A DNA stretch of 64,000 bases from Eledone cirrhosa (GCA_964016885.1 OZ024741.1:292640001-292704000); one strand, 5' to 3'; positions 13,249 to 28,714 are shown, numbered from the stretch's first letter. Made by a program: numbers and translations. The notes: generated by a model from the letters alone, not told the origin.

Positions 13249-13617
13249 CACACAAATGTGCACACGCACACACACACACACACACATAATAATTATTTTC
13301 AATTTATTATGATGATGGATTTTACTAGCTGATGAAGGAAGGACATTAGAAAAAATATTTAGAGAAAATATTTTCATAAGATTTAATAATATTTCCTCTA
13401 TTTCATTAATATTTAATAGATGAGAATATTTCTCACCACTACAGTCACCAGCCATCATTTTCACAAACTAAAATTGATATGAGATAAAAGATGAGATAAA
13501 ATTGATAACATTTTGAAATATTTATAAAGGAAAACTTTTAAGATTTTCTCTGAGATATTCTAACTGAATAAAATATAATATTACCCATCAGATGAGGATA
13601 AATACTTCATTATATAT

Positions 13618-16600
13618 CATTATCATCATCATCCTCGTTTAACATTCATTTTGTATACTTGCACGGATTAGATGAGTTGTCCACGTCATAAGACATGTCT
13701 GGCCAGGATAAGCCCCACCATACCTTGCTCAGACAGAACTGTAAATTTGTCTGGGGATTTTACAGCTGGATGTTCTTCCTAACACCAGCCACATTTACAG
13801 TGTGGAACTGGATGGCACCATTATGAGGAGGGACAGGCCAGTTGGCCACGCTGTACCTCTGCTCACAGCAGAATCGTATCATATGAGGGAGGTTGGGCCA
13901 GTTGGCCATGTCAAGCCTTTCTCATAAAAGGAGCCATGTTACTGGGTGGGCTTGTCATCAACCGTGTTTACAGTGTGGAGTTGGATTATGAGCCGAGTCT
14001 TGGGTTGAGTTGTTGACACTTTTGTCATACATTATAGTGCCAGAGGTCTCAGTCCTGTCCCATCCCAATTGGGATATTCAGTTGTGCCAGGTCAGCCCTT
14101 ATCGTTTCAACCCACATCTTCCTAGGTTTTCCTCTTTGGGGGCATCCTACAACCTCTAATCCCCTACACCTTTTTAAACAGCTGTTATCCTTCATGTGCA
14201 TCATGTGACCATACCACCACATTCTTCTCTCCTGCACACAGCATTTGATCCCTCTTATGCCCAATTTTGCTCTCAATACATGTACACTTTGCTGTTCTGA
14301 TCATACAGGCTTCATTTCTTTCCAATCTCCATTGATCCTCGGCATGAAGAGCCCATGTTTTGCTTCCATGTAGCATTGTTCTGTGCACACAGGCATCGTA
14401 CAGCTTGCCTTTTTTCTTGAATGAGAGACCCTTTATAGTTAGCAATGGCAGTAGCTACTGAACTTTTTCATCCTGTTCTTCCTCTGGCAACTGTACTTTC
14501 TGCACAACCACCTCTGCTGATTTGATTACCCAGATTGCAGAAGCTATCAACTATTTTTATGGGGTCTTCTATTCAATTGAAGGAGCTTGCTACCTGAAGG
14601 TCGTTGCTTACTATCCCTGTACATGGTCCACATATGAAATCTGTGTTTTTGGCTAGCTTGCCTGTTTTCCCACTCTGCCATTGTGGACCCACAGTTTGCA
14701 TCTGGGACACTGGATTGAGTTTCTGCCTATCCCATTCCTGCATACCAAGCAGGGCCATTTCCCAGAGGGGATCAGAGCCCAGTTTACTTTCTGCTCACTA
14801 GGATTTTGGTCTTTGCCAGGTTGACTTTAGGTTTTTTTTATTTCCAAGTTGAGCCTCCATGTCTGGAATTTCTTATCTACTTCTGTCATAGAATCAGTTA
14901 AGAGAGTCAGATCATCGTTGTATAGGAGTTCCCATGGGCAACCAGTCTTAAATTCTTCTGTTATAGAATGTAGAACAATAAAGAAGATGCATGGGCAAAG
15001 GACAGAACCCTGGTGAACCCATACCTGTATGCTGAACTCCTTACTGTACTCATTGTTGATTTTAACGTTGCTGATGGCCAATCTGTACATAGCCAGTACT
15101 GCTCTCATGAGTAACTCATCTACGACTTGTTTTCTGATGGCCTGCCATATTATGGATTGATGGATGGTGTTCAAAGATTTCTCTTGGTCCACAAATGCCA
15201 AGAACTACTCCATTTGCTTCTCAAGGAAGAGGGCCTCAGTGGTGCTTTTTCCTTGCACAAATCAAAACGGTATCTCATCTAGGCATATACAATCTCTAAT
15301 CAGTTGTACATTTTGTACCTTCTGTAACTTTTATGACCTGGTCAATCAGTTTTATGCCTCTGTAGTTACTTCTATCTAGGGCATCTCCTTTACCCTTACA
15401 GCGGTTGATGTTGCTATTCCAGTCATTGGGAATGACACGTTTCTCTATTACTTGGTTTACAATAAGGGTGGTTAGCTTTCAACATCTCAGCAACTATATC
15501 TGATGATCCGGCTGCTTTACCTGTCTTCATGTTCTTATTTACTAGGTTACTGCTTATGTGTACAGCTGGACCTTCTGTTGGGTGAACTTGGGACAGACTG
15601 TTAACCACTCAAGTGTTTTCCTCTTCATCAGCCCGTCATAGTAGCATTTCCAATCAGCTTTTCTTTTCAGTGTCAGTGAGGGCAAGTGTGCCATCGTTGT
15701 TATGAATGCATTTCTCTTTGATAACTTCTCATTTTTCCTTCACACATAGCCTTACAATCCTGAACATCTCTTGTTTTTGGTCCTCACATTCTAATACATG
15801 CTTAAACTTTTTGTTTTCTACTTCAGTCCTTGTCAGATATACTTGCCATCTAGCCTCTCTCTTAGCTTCTTCGTAGGGGTACCTGCTACCTTTGTTTTTC
15901 CATTTTTTTATGCCTGTCTTTTGGCTGTAAGTGCCACATCCACTTTGTTATTCTACCACCATGTTGTTCTACTACTCCTCCCTGGGGCCTTGTTCCATCC
16001 ACAGATCTTATTTGTCACTTTCAGTAGGTTATTTCTCTATATTGTATGTCTTTATTTCTTCTTCCTTGCTATCAAAAGTGCTACGTAAGAATCTCCCAAA
16101 TTTGTTAAGAGCTGGACGCTCCTTCAGCTTCCATTTTCCTCCATCCTCCAGGTTATTTTCTGACTTGGGTCTGCCTGATTTTGAATCAAAAGATGCTGAC
16201 TACCAAATTATGTTTGGAGGTGCATTCCTCATCCGCAATACTTTTCATGTTTATGAGCATTGCTCTCTCTTGTCTTCTGTTTGAGGATATAGTCAATTTG
16301 GCTGTTGCACTCCCCTGAAATATAGGTGAGCAGTTGATTTGCTGGTTTCTTAAAATTTGTATTGCAGAAAGTCATTTCTTTGACATCACAGAATTCCAAG
16401 AGCCTCAGTCCTTCCTCATTTATTGTGCCAAACCAGAAACCTCCATAGACACTATGGTTGCCATGGCTTAATCTCCCCATATATACATTGATGTTGCCCA
16501 CAATAATGGTGAAGTTGGTGTTACTAGTTTGGGAGGTTGTACTTATTAGGGACTAATGAACAGGTTCTATTGTTCATTTGGGAGACCGGATTGAGGTGCA

Positions 16601-16990
16601 TAGACAGACATGATTGATACCTTTGTTCTGCTTAGGATGAGTTTGAATCAAATGATCCTGTCATTTATTCTATTTACTGCAATTACCTTGTCCAACCATT
16701 TTACAGTTAGCATAATACCTACACTGCCAAGCCAGCTATCATTATCTTTCCAAAATAATTCAAAGCATTGTTTTCTGCTTACTAGGAGTCTGGAAGATTC
16801 CCCTCTCTGCCTAGTCTCTTAAACAGCATACTTCAACTTTCTTATGCTCAAGCATATCCACAGTCTCACTTGACATACCTTTCAGCATCCCTACGTTTAT
16901 GGTTCCAGCTCCGAAGTCTGGGGGGGGGGGGGTACTGTGTTCCTGGTGGTGGATGTTTGCTTGGTGTTGGCTTTTCATGTCTGATAAGGA
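13618..16990 (-). mobile_element. Degenerate near-full-length RTE-clade LINE
   Basis: Broken ORFs with APE endonuclease motifs (GTINVG, GNINVYMG...SQIDYIL), RT (AFVDQEK, QGSVL, LLYNDD), C-terminal WYGH; (CAT)n 3' tail. Confidence 0.9.
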
Positions 16991-17505
16991 GAGGGTAGGC
17001 ATTCACAATACAAATGCCCAGTGTTGGGCATTTGTATTGTGACCTTGTTTATTATAAATATCCCCTCGCCCACCTTCACTAGTGATATCTGATGATGGTG
17101 GGGGAGGGAATGTTTATACTCTGGGGAGTTTTGTCATGTTTTTCAAATCACATACTCTGCTTAACTTTATTTTCTCTCTTAAATGTTTTACAGTGTTTTG
17201 CACTTTTGTTCTAGCTTCTGGGATATTTTATTTTATTGTTTTATATAGCATCTGGTGGTAGTGATCTGTGTGGAGGTGTTTGTTGTTGTTGTTGGTGGTT
17301 GTATGGTGGAGGTGTTTGTGTGTTTGGTGTAGTGGGGGTGTTTAGTGTGTTCCACTGTTTTTTCCTTTATTTAAATTACCATTGATTGATGAAATGTGTA
17401 TTAAGATGACAGCTTTGTCAGTGATGGACGTACACACACACACATATATACAATCATACAAATGTCACACATTTACACATATGTATATAAACAAACACAC
17501 ACACA

Positions 17506-20168
17506 CATCATCATCACCGTTTTACGTCCGTTCTTCCACGCTAGCATGGGTTAGACGGGTTGTCCTGTTGTGGGCAGTGTCTGGTCGGCTGACCATGCCT
17601 TGCTCATACAGGAACTGATTTGGCTTGATTTCTACAGCTGGATGCCTTTCCTAACACCAACCTCATTTACAGTGAGTGCTGGGTGCTTTTTGTGGTGCCT
17701 ACACATCCACTTTACAGTGTGGGCTGGGTGCTTTTTTGCCGTGGCACCTCGACGACCACCTTGCGGTGGGGGGTGTGGGGGCATATTGTCTATATGCTTC
17801 AGCTTGTACCCATGGGAGGTCGGGTACTCTGTATTACTGCGTGACGCCAGAAGTCACGGTCGTGTGTCATTGCATTTGAGAGGTGTAATTGGGTAAGGTC
17901 GGCTTTTATCACTTCATCCCAGGTCATCTTGGGTCTCCCCACTCCGCGGTTTCCATCAACTTCTAGTGCTCTGCACCTTTTTATGCAGCTGTCATCCTTC
18001 ATACGCATCATAGTCCATACCAGCGCAACCGCCTCTCCTGCACACAGCATTTGATTCCTCTTATGCTCAATCTCTCTCTAAATTCCTTTATGCATTGTCG
18101 TTCATGTATATTACTGTTACACATCCATCGGAGCATGCAGGTTTTGTTTCACTCTAATCTACATAAGTCTTCCACCTTCAGCGCCCAGGTTTCACTACCA
18201 TGCAACATTGCTGTTCGGATACACGCATCATACAGTCTGCCTTTCATTCTGAGGGAGAAGCCTTTTGCAGCTAGCAGTGGTAGTAGTTCCCTAAACTTCT
18301 TCCATCCCGTTCTTACCCTAGTTATTGTACTTTATGAACACCCACCTCCGCTGCTAATTCGGTCACCTAGGTAGCAGAAGCGGTCTACTGTTTCTACAGA
18401 GCCCTCCCAGAGATTGGTGGTACTTGTTTCCTGTTGCTCTTTGCTGCTTGCTGTCTCAGCACAGCTGCTGTATGTGAAGCCTACATTCTTAATTAAGCTT
18501 CCTGAGATCCCGCTACATCTCTTGTGTACCCATTGTTTGCATTTGGGGCAGAGAATGGAGTTCCTACCTACACCTTTCTTACATACTGATCAAGGCCATT
18601 TCCCTGAGGGGATCTGGGTTCTGTTTTCTCGTCTACTTACAAGGACCTTAGTATTTGTCATGTTGACTTTGAGACCCTTTCTTTCTAGTCCCTGCTTCCA
18701 AGTTTGGAATTTATTCTCTAGTTCTACCATAGATTCAGCTATGAGTGCGAGGTCATCAGCATACAGGAGTTCCCATGGGCATCCGGTCTTAAACTCCTCC
18801 ATTATTGCCTGCAGGACTATGATGAACAGGAGGGGGCTAAGAACAGAGCCCTGGTGGACCCCAACCTGTACGCTAAATTCCTCGCTATACTCATTGCTAA
18901 TCCTAACTTTGCTGACTGCTCCCCTATACATGGCTTGTACTGCTTTCACAAGCCATTCATCTACTCCTAGTTTTCTAAGAGCCCACCAGATTACAGCACG
19001 TGGAACTCTGTCAAAGGCTTTTTCAAGGTCGACAAATGCCAAGTAGAGTGGCTTACTTTTAGCTAGGTACTTTTCCTGTAATTGCCTCACAAGGAAGAGG
19101 GCATCAGTGGTGCCTCTTCCTGGTACAAACCCAAATTGCATCTCGTCTATTTTCACCCGGTCCCTAATCAACTGTGCTATAACTCTTTCTGTTACTTTCA
19201 TGACCTGGTCCATCAACTTTATACCTCTATAGTTTCCTCTATCTAGTGCATGACCTTTACCTTTGTAGCAGTTGAAAATGATGCTACTTCACCAATCTTT
19301 TGGTATGACACCTTCTAGTATTACCTGGTTAACAATACGTGTGGTTATAGTGTGACCTACAGACCCAGATGCCTTCAGCATCTCGGCAGCTATACCCGAT
19401 GGACCGGTTGCCTTCCCCATCTTCATATCTTTGATTGCCTTACTTACTACGCTGCTGCTGACTTGTACTGCTGGTCAATCTATAGGGTCTACTTGGGGTA
19501 GGGTCTCTTCTTCCCATGCATTCTCCTCATTTAGTAATCTATCATAATGACTCTTCCATGCATCTTTCTTCTCAGCACTTGTGAGGGCAAGCTCACCTTT
19601 ATCATTCCGGATACACTTCTCTCCAATGACATCACAACTATCTCTGACACACTGCCTCGCAATCTTGAATACCTCCTGTTTCTGGTCCTCACGTTGCAAA
19701 ACATGCTTGAATTTTCTATCCTCTGCTTCCCTCATAGCTAAGTATACTTGTTGCCTAGCTTCCCTCTTGGTCTCTATGTAATGTACCCTGCTACCCCCGT
19801 TCTACCATTCTTTCCATGCCTGTCTCTTGGCCTTAACTGCTTCATCTACCTTATTGTTCCACCACCAAGTCACTCTCCTCCTGCTTGAGGTCTTACTCCA
19901 GCCACAGACCTCATCCGTCGCCTCTAGTAAATTATTTTTTAGGAACTCCCAGTTCTCTTCTACATTAAATGTCTGTATCTGTTCTTCTTTACTGTTGTAG
20001 GCGTTGAGTAAAATATCTTTAAATCTGTTACTGGTTGAGGGCACTTTCAGCTTCCAGATCTTTCTTCTCCAGGTTGGCCTCTGTTTCCAGGTTCATCTAG
20101 TTCTGACCGTGAGGTTGCTGACAACTAAGCTATGTTGGGATATACATTCCTCACTAGGGAAGGCTTTT
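17506..20168 (-). mobile_element. Younger 5'-truncated RTE-clade LINE
   Basis: ORF 18590-19216 (QFGFVPGRGTTDA, FVDLEKAFDRVP, GVHQGSVLSPLLF, YADD) plus upstream in-family ORFs with stops; (CAT)n tail. Confidence 0.95.
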
Positions 20169-20219
20169 GTGTATATATATATATATAAGAAATCCAAGCA
20201 TATGTGTATGTATGTGTGC

Positions 20220-20254
<35 letters not shown>

Positions 20255-20439
20255 ACACAATAGAAGTCTATATTTAAACAAAACTTGTATAAACAAATAA
20301 CACATATACATATACACAATGCACGCACATCCATATATATTTGCATACATAAAAACAGCCACACATTCACCTGCAGGGACACACATATATGTCATTATTA
20401 TACAATAGAAATGATAATGGTGTATAAATATCCCTAAGG

Positions 20440-20584
20440 GACATATCTATCTACATGTATGGATGTGCATGTCTGCATATGTATGTATATGTATGTATGG
20501 ATGTGCATGCATGTATGTATATGCATGTATGCATATGTATTTATGTATATATATATGTGTGTGTGTAAGTACATATGTATATGA

Positions 20585-20620
<36 letters not shown>

Positions 20621-20783
20621 GTATGTATGTGTATGAATATATATGAATGTATGTATATACATATATATGTATGTGTATATATATATAGGTGTGTGTATGT
20701 ATATATGAATGTATATATATATGTATGTATATATGTATATATATATATATATATGTATGCATATATATATATATATGTATATA

Positions 20784-20865
<82 letters not shown>
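20440..20865. repeat. (TA)/(TG) compound microsatellite
   Basis: Direct reading. Confidence 0.9.
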
Positions 20866-20866
<1 letters not shown>

Positions 20867-20868
<2 letters not shown>

Positions 20869-21744
20869 GTTACTGAACGAAGACAAATTCGAACTGATCC
20901 ACTTTGGAAAAGAGGATGCTCTGAAACTCCCGTACTCCCTTCCCTCCGGGGAAACTCTCGTGGCATCTAACAACATCAGAGACTTGGGAGTAACCGTGGA
21001 CAGCAACATAAGCTGGGCCACGCATATAAGCAGCAAAGTTGACATGGCCCGCAGAATGTGTTCCTGGATCCTCAGAACCTTCCAGTCGAGAGATTCCCAC
21101 ACAATTATCCTCCTCTTCTCTACTTTTGCCCGACCACACCTTGAATACTGTTGTCCACTGTGGTCTCCCCACACGAAACAAAGTATCATGAAACTTGAAG
21201 CTCCTCAAAGGGCAATCACGAAAAAGATAGATGGCATGTCAGACCTTGACTACTGGGGTCGACTAGAAAACCTGAAACTTTACTCACTCCAACGTCGCCG
21301 TGAGCGTTATATTATCTGCATGATGTGGAAAATGTTCCATCATCACTGCCCAAATGATGTTGGCATCGCCTTCAAGATACACCCAAGGCTTGGGCCCCGT
21401 GCTATTCGTCCCATTCAAAAATCTAAATCGCAACTCATAACAACAATACGGCACAATTATTTCACCTCAATCGGCCCTGCTCTCTTCAACATCACACCAG
21501 GACACGTCAAAACAGAAACTGACCACACAAATTTCAAGAAGTCTTTGGACAAATTCCTCCAAGTAATCCCGGACAATCCACCCACACCCGGATATGTCTC
21601 CGCAAACAGTAATTCTCTTCTCGAATGGGCCATGGTGCCCAAATCCTGAATTGAAAGACTTCGCCAGGTGGTGCTATTAAATTAGACATGGCCTGGGCCA
21701 ATACTGGCCAAAACATTTCAAAGTTATTCAAAGTTATAAAGTTA
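20867..21744 (+). mobile_element. CR1/L2-group LINE 3' fragment (C-terminal RT, open frame to 21649)
   Basis: [54 protein letters not shown]; tandem (TTCAAAGTTA) tail; inside a TA tract. Confidence 0.9.
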
Positions 21745-22310
21745 TATGTATATATATACGTATGTGTATATATATACATATATATATGTATATATACGTA
21801 TGTATATATATACGTATGTATATATATACATATATATATGTAAACAGCTTTTTCGTCTCATCCCACCATCACTAGCTTGTGTTCACATGTGTTTTGTTAT
21901 TTCATTTCTACACGCTGTCGCTTGCTTGCTTTTAACTCCCAGTGGATTGTTTTTTTCCCCTCGGTATTTTAGCAGTGGCGATTTAGTTAATGTGTTGAGC
22001 ACTACTGAAGATCGACTCCAACCGTGACGAACCCCACTGAAAAGTTTCGTGAAATGGTCTTTTAAGTATATATAATGCACTTTTAGTTTTCCCTAAATTG
22101 ACGGTTAAGTATTACTTATTGATTTTATTTTGAATTAAGATTGTATTGCTTTTTCCTTCATTTTACATTAAACATTTTTTCATCTTGATGGTATAGTTAC
22201 TTATATGCCTAAATTATTGTTGGCATTTTGCTTACATTAATTTTAATTTTCATTTATATATGTACATATATATGTATATATATATGTGTGTATATATATG
22301 TATATACACA

Positions 22311-23114
22311 TGAAACCGATATTGTTATACTTTGGGAGGGTCATGTTGCCAATAAGAAACACACGCACCAGTTGCTTTCACTTCAATTTATTATAATAAA
22401 TCTATAAATTTAGGAATTTATAAATTTTCGGTTGGCTGGTTGGTTGGTTCCACAACCAAATGGTTGTTTATATATTGTCAAAGTTCTTTCGTCACATATT
22501 CTGTGACCTCTTCAGTGACAGGTGATTCTTTTCTTTGTTTTTGTGCCTCTCCTTTGTTCTGTCCTACGCCATTTTGTTTCTGTGTGTGTGTTGTGTGCTC
22601 AGTCTGGGCATGCGCTACATCCGGGTGTCTGTGTGTGTTTATATTCGTTTATTTATTTGTTTATTTACATGTTTCAGGTTGATTGTTCGTTCTATGTGCG
22701 CGTGTGTTTTCATTTTGTCCTTAATTGTAAGTTGTGATGTTGCTGTTCCACTCATGTTTTCTATTTAATTTTGGTTGTAATTCTTTTATGTTTATTGCCT
22801 CTGTGATTTGTCTAAACATTGCGTCTTTTCTGTGTGTAGATTCTATTTTTATTTCTATGTTCTCTAATTTAACCTTATGTTCTATTTTAGCATGTTGGTA
22901 GAGTACAGATGATTCTTTACTATCTGAAGAGGTCACAGAATGTGTGACGAAAGAACTTTGGCAATATATAAACAACCGTCTGGTTGTGGACCAACCAACC
23001 AACCGGAAATTTATAAATTCCTAAATTTATAGATTTATTATAATAAATTGAAGTGAAAGCAACTGGTGCGTGTGTTTCTTATTGGCAACATGACCCTCCC
23101 AAAGTATAACAATA
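22311..23114. mobile_element. PLE family B 3' fragment (minus, 22311-22923) with inverted arm (plus, 22924-23114)
   Basis: Matches 30965-31565; minus strand encodes the GIY-YIG C-terminus (AMFRQITEAINI...LNRKHEW). Confidence 0.85.
22476..22520 (-). ncRNA. Minimal hammerhead motif (family B)
   Basis: tgtca-CTGAAGA-g-gtcaca/tgtgac-GAAA-gaac-TT-tgaca. Confidence 0.65.
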
Positions 23115-23134
23115 TGTGTATATATATATATGTG

Positions 23135-23554
23135 TATACAATATTAAATAAATGGAAACTATATTTATAAAACCATATTTATTTCATTATACATATTTCA
23201 GAGATACCAAATTAAAATATGGCATGCCTTCGTCAGATAAAATACAATATATAAACAGTTTTATAAATAATTTTGACGTACCCTATTATAAGCAACCCTT
23301 ATTTTTGGAAGCTGTCTGGATAGGGTACGTCAAAATTATTTATAAAACTGTTTATATATTGTATTTTATCTGACGAAGGCATGCCATATTTTAATTTAGT
23401 ATCCCTGAAATATGTATAATGAAATAAATATGGTTTTATAAATATAGTTTCCATTTATTTAATATCGTATATCTACTCCAAAAACTTGTCGAGTGCTTTA
23501 TATCAGTTATAAAATATTTACTTGTATCCCAACAATTTTAAATAAAACTGTTGC
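23135..23554. mobile_element. Fold-back element family A with HHR in each arm (23180-23244 minus; 23362-23426 plus)
   Basis: Arms 23135-23286 / 23320-23470, tail 23471-23554; CTGACGA...GAAAtatgtaTA. Confidence 0.85.
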
Positions 23555-23653
23555 ATATATGTGTATATATATATATATATGTGTATCTATATATGTGTGT
23601 ATATATATATATGTGTGTGTATATATATATGTGTATATATATATATATGTGTG

Positions 23654-23706
<53 letters not shown>

Positions 23707-23729
23707 AAATATATATATATGTATATATA

Positions 23730-24003
23730 TACGATATATTAACAAATGGAAACTATAAAACGATATTTATTTCATTATACATATTTCAAGGAATGCGACC
23801 ATTTCTGTTGGAAGCTCCGGCAGCTTGCAACAGAAATGGTCGCATTCTTTTAAGGGTATGTCAATATTTATTTATAAAACTGATCTATATTATATTTTAT
23901 CTGATGAAAGCAAACCATAATTTAACTTGGTGTCCTTGAAATATGTATAATGAAATAAATATCGTTTTATAAATATAGTTTCCATTTGTTAATATATCGT
24001 ATA
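23730..24003. mobile_element. Fold-back element family A; HHR motif 23893-23957 (+)
   Basis: Short left arm 23730-23792, internal hairpin 23791-23848, CTGATGA...GAAAtatgtaTA. Confidence 0.75.
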
Positions 24004-24028
24004 TATATATACATATATATATATATAC

Positions 24029-24989
24029 ACAGCAAGCAGCAAACAGCCACAGGAAACAAGTACAACCAATCTCTGGGAGGGCCCTGTAGAAACAGTAGAC
24101 AGCTTCTGCTACCTAGGTGACCGAATTAGCAACGGAGGTGGGTGTTCATAAAGTACAATAACTAGGGTAAGAACGGGATGGAAGAAGTTTAGGGAACTAC
24201 TACCACTGCTAGCTGCAAAAGGCTTCTCCCTCAGAATGAAAGGCAGACTGTATGATGCGTGTATCCGAACAGCGATGTTGCATGGTAGTGAGACCTGGGC
24301 GCTGAAGGTGGAAGACTTACGTAGATTAGAGAGAAATGAAGCCTGCATGCTCCGATGGATGTGTAACAGTAATATACGTGAACGACAATGCATAAATGAA
24401 TTGAGAGAGAGACTGAGCATAAGAGGAATCAAATGCTGTGTGCAGGAGGGGCGGTTGCGCTGGTATGGACATGTGATGCGTATGAAGGATGACAGCTGCA
24501 TAAAAAGGTGCAGAGCACTAGAAGTTGATGGAAACCGCGGAGTGGGGAGACCCAAGATGACCTGGGATGAGGTGATAAAAGCCGACCTTACCCAATTACA
24601 CCTCTCAAAGACAATGACACACGACCGTGACTTCTGGCGTCACGCAGTAATACAGAGTACCCGACCTCCCATGGGTACAAGCTGAAGCATATAGACAATA
24701 TGCCCCCACACCCCCCACTGCAAGGTGGTCGTGGAGGTGCCACGGCAAAAAAGCACACAGCCCACACTGTAAAGTGGACGTGTAGGCGCCACGAAAAAGC
24801 ACCCAGCACTCACTGTAAATGAGGTTGGTGTTAGGAAGGGCATCCAGCTGTAGAAATCAAGCCAGATCAGTTCCTGTATGAGCAAGGCATGGTCAGCCAA
24901 CCAGACACTGCCCACAACAGGACAACCCGTCTAACCCATGCTAGCTTGGAAGAACGGACGTAAAACGGTGATTATGATGATGATGATGA

Positions 24990-24990
<1 letters not shown>
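24029..24990 (+). mobile_element. RTE-clade LINE 3' end (same young family as 17506-20168)
   Basis: ORF 24236-24685 (LHGSETW, RLRWYGHVMRM, GRPKMTW); 3' UTR near-identical to reverse complement of 17510-18450; (GAT)n tail. Confidence 0.95.
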
Positions 24991-25478
<488 letters not shown>

Positions 25479-25756
25479 CCCCGTCCCACTACCCCAACCC
25501 CTTTCAATGTAAAGTCATGTTGGTACCACAACATCCAGGCCAAAACAAATGAGGTCGTGTAGGTGTCACAACAAAAAAAACACACAGTCCATGCTGTAAT
25601 GTGGCCGTGTAGGTAACATGGTAAAAACCTCCCAGTTCCACACTGTAAATGTGGTTGGTTGTTAGGAGGGCATCCAGCCGTAGAAAACCCGCCAGACTGT
25701 CCTATGCGAGCAAGACAACCACTCTTGCCTCAAGTGGGAAAACTCCCGACCAAACC

Positions 25757-26068
25757 CAGTTTGTAGATGGTAGTAGGGTTGGTATTTGACCTCAAAGAGG
25801 CAGGTGGTTTTGTAAAGTTCAAACCATCATGCAAGATGACAATAGATCCATATGACTGATTTTCACAAAAGGCATTACTGGTCAGATGTATATTCAATTA
25901 AGGTTAATAGTATGAAATAGATACTACAGGTCATTCTTAAATTGAGGAAAATTAATTTGTGAAAATCAGTCATATGGAACTATTGTCATCTTGCATGATG
26001 GTTTGAACTTTACAAAACCACCTGCCTCTTTGAGGTCAAATACCAACTCTACTACCATCTACAAACTG
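25757..26068. repeat. ~113 bp inverted repeat (25757-25869 / 25956-26068)
   Basis: cagtttgtagatggtag...ttttcacaaa versus tttgtgaaaa...ctaccatctacaaactg, few mismatches. Confidence 0.9.
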
Positions 26069-26309
26069 ACCAATGAGAATCAAGACTATTCCTGCTGACA
26101 ACATTAAATTATTCCTAACAAGCTCATATGTCCCAAGGCTCTGATACCATCAACTCTATAAACACAGAGCTGGCATATCTAAGAACTGACTAACTGCCTG
26201 TTGAGGTCATAGCCATTCAATGGCTATCATCGAAATATATATAGCAGTAAATAAAGGATTATGAGTTCATGCAATTGATTTATGTTTTGTCAATATATAT
26301 CTATATATG

Positions 26310-26345
<36 letters not shown>

Positions 26346-26525
26346 TGTGTGTATATATGTATATATATATATGTATGTATGTATGTATGCATATATATAT
26401 ATATGTGTATATATGTGTATATATATATATGCGTGTATGTATATATGTGTATATATGTATATATATGTATGCATGTATGTATATATAAATATATATAAAT
26501 ATGTATCTATATATATATATATGTG

Positions 26526-26612
<87 letters not shown>

Positions 26613-27067
26613 GTATGTAGAAGATCAAGCCATCTAGCGTCGACTGTGAAAGCAGTCAATTAACTGCCGTTAGTTCTGACGTCAGTAGCTGAAACAATAT
26701 TTATTAAACGATGATCTCCTTGGGAAAAAATATAGACATGCTATCTCTATCATGCTATCTCTATGCAATGATCCAAAGGATGACATCACTCCATGTGGCA
26801 CTATACGATGACTTAAATATATCCCAACCTAGAAGCACTAAAGTATTTGAATATATCCTGTAATTGTTCCTATATAAAAAATGTTTTTATCACATAAAAT
26901 TGAGGTATGTTCCTTATTCCTTCTTTGACTATGTGCCAGTGAACAATATCCAATTACACGGGATGACTGACGACCACCCTGCCTAAATTGGTGACCCCGA
27001 CTTGATGTCATCCTATATATATATATGTGTATATATGTGTATATATATATATGTATATATATGTGTA

Positions 27068-27125
<58 letters not shown>

Positions 27126-27301
27126 ATATATGTATCTATATGTATGTATGCATGTATGTATATATATGTATATATATATATATGTGTTTATATATGTATA
27201 TATATGTATGTATATATGTATGTAAATATGTATATATATGTTTATATATACATGTGTAAATATATAAATATTTGTGTATAAATGTGTATATCTATAATAT
27301 G

Positions 27302-27352
<51 letters not shown>

Positions 27353-28369
27353 GTGTATATATGTATATATATGTATGTATGTGTATATGTATGTAAATAT
27401 GTATATATATGTTTATATATACATGTGTAAATATATAAATATATGTGTATAAATGTGTATATGTATAATATATATGTATAATATGTATATGCCCACACAC
27501 ATATATACAACTTGTCATCATTGTACAATACTAATAATGATAACAATAACTAAATATCCGTAAGCATCTGATGTTTTATTATGAAGAAATCAACAGATGT
27601 ATTTTCCTCTTTTATTGATACAGTAGTTTGTTTAATTTTATTACCATATTTTTCTTCTTAGTCTTTTGCAACAAAAAATTCCATTTAATTGGGAGAATTC
27701 AGCAGGATGGTGAGGGCTTTTGAGTTGCAATATTTTATTATTAGAAGTTTATAGGAAAAAGGTTAGAAACTTGTTCATGGAACATCTGTTATAACAGCCA
27801 AATGCCGTCAATAACAATAACATGTAAAAAGTCAGGTAAAAAGTCATCCTCTTTCTCTCATCCTCTCTGGCCAATGATCACTACAGAGAGACATGAGGCT
27901 GTGAGGTGGGTGACAGTTACTTATCACTTCTACATTTCAACTTACTGAAAATAATTAAGAATTTGAAAGGATTTAGTAATATAATTAATTTTCTTATTAT
28001 TTAACTAGTATTTGGAACATAACTTAATTAAGGTTCTTATATATAATTAAGGTAAATATATACTCTTTAGAATAAACAACTTAGTATAATAGAACCTGGT
28101 GGGGTAGGTGGTGGGATTCAAGAGGGATTTTTTCAAAAGGGTTAATAATGTTTATTTAAACTATTATTTTTGATATATTAAGCTATATCTCCTTTATATA
28201 CCAAAATTTTGATCTGTCTGTCTTTGAAGTAGCTTTTTCATGTCTCTAGGATTGATGTAACAAAAGTACCAGTAATGTTAACTACAGTCTAAAGACTATC
28301 TCGAGTTTATCTCCAGTTTCCTTGGTATTAAGTGACTGAGAGTACAAGACTTCCCATGAGTAGAATGTT

Positions 28370-28545
28370 AGTTCAACACAGCATTAAACTTCCAGCTACT
28401 GCTGGTACTCATTTTTAGCTGAGTATACTGAAACAACATGAAATGAAGTGTATTGCTCAAGAATACAACACACAAACCAGTCCAGTAATTGAACCCAAGA
28501 CATTATGATTGTATGTCCAACAATCTTACCACCAGGTCACATGCC
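28370..28545 (-). mobile_element. Degenerate SINE family 2
   Basis: 'aagtgtattgctcaagaa...gaaccca...ccaggtca' is the reverse of head plus core. Confidence 0.55.
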
Positions 28546-28714
28546 ATCCCTCAAAATTGAGGGTGACTTGGTAGCATGTAGCTTGTATTTGCTAATGGTT
28601 TTAGGTATCCATGTAGTTGTGAACTGATACAGAAACCCTCGTGTCTCCCACATCCTTAACTTCTAGGATGTGACAGCTAGAGAGAAAGAGAGAGCTGAGC
28701 TGAGCTGCATTAGC

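Noticed and set aside
20597-20866. N-terminal part of the 350 aa ORF
   Set aside because: Stop-free microsatellite fused by chance to the CR1 fragment
22000-22070. CTGAAGA...GAAA motif downstream of CR1
   Set aside because: Pairing too weak; at best a decayed remnant
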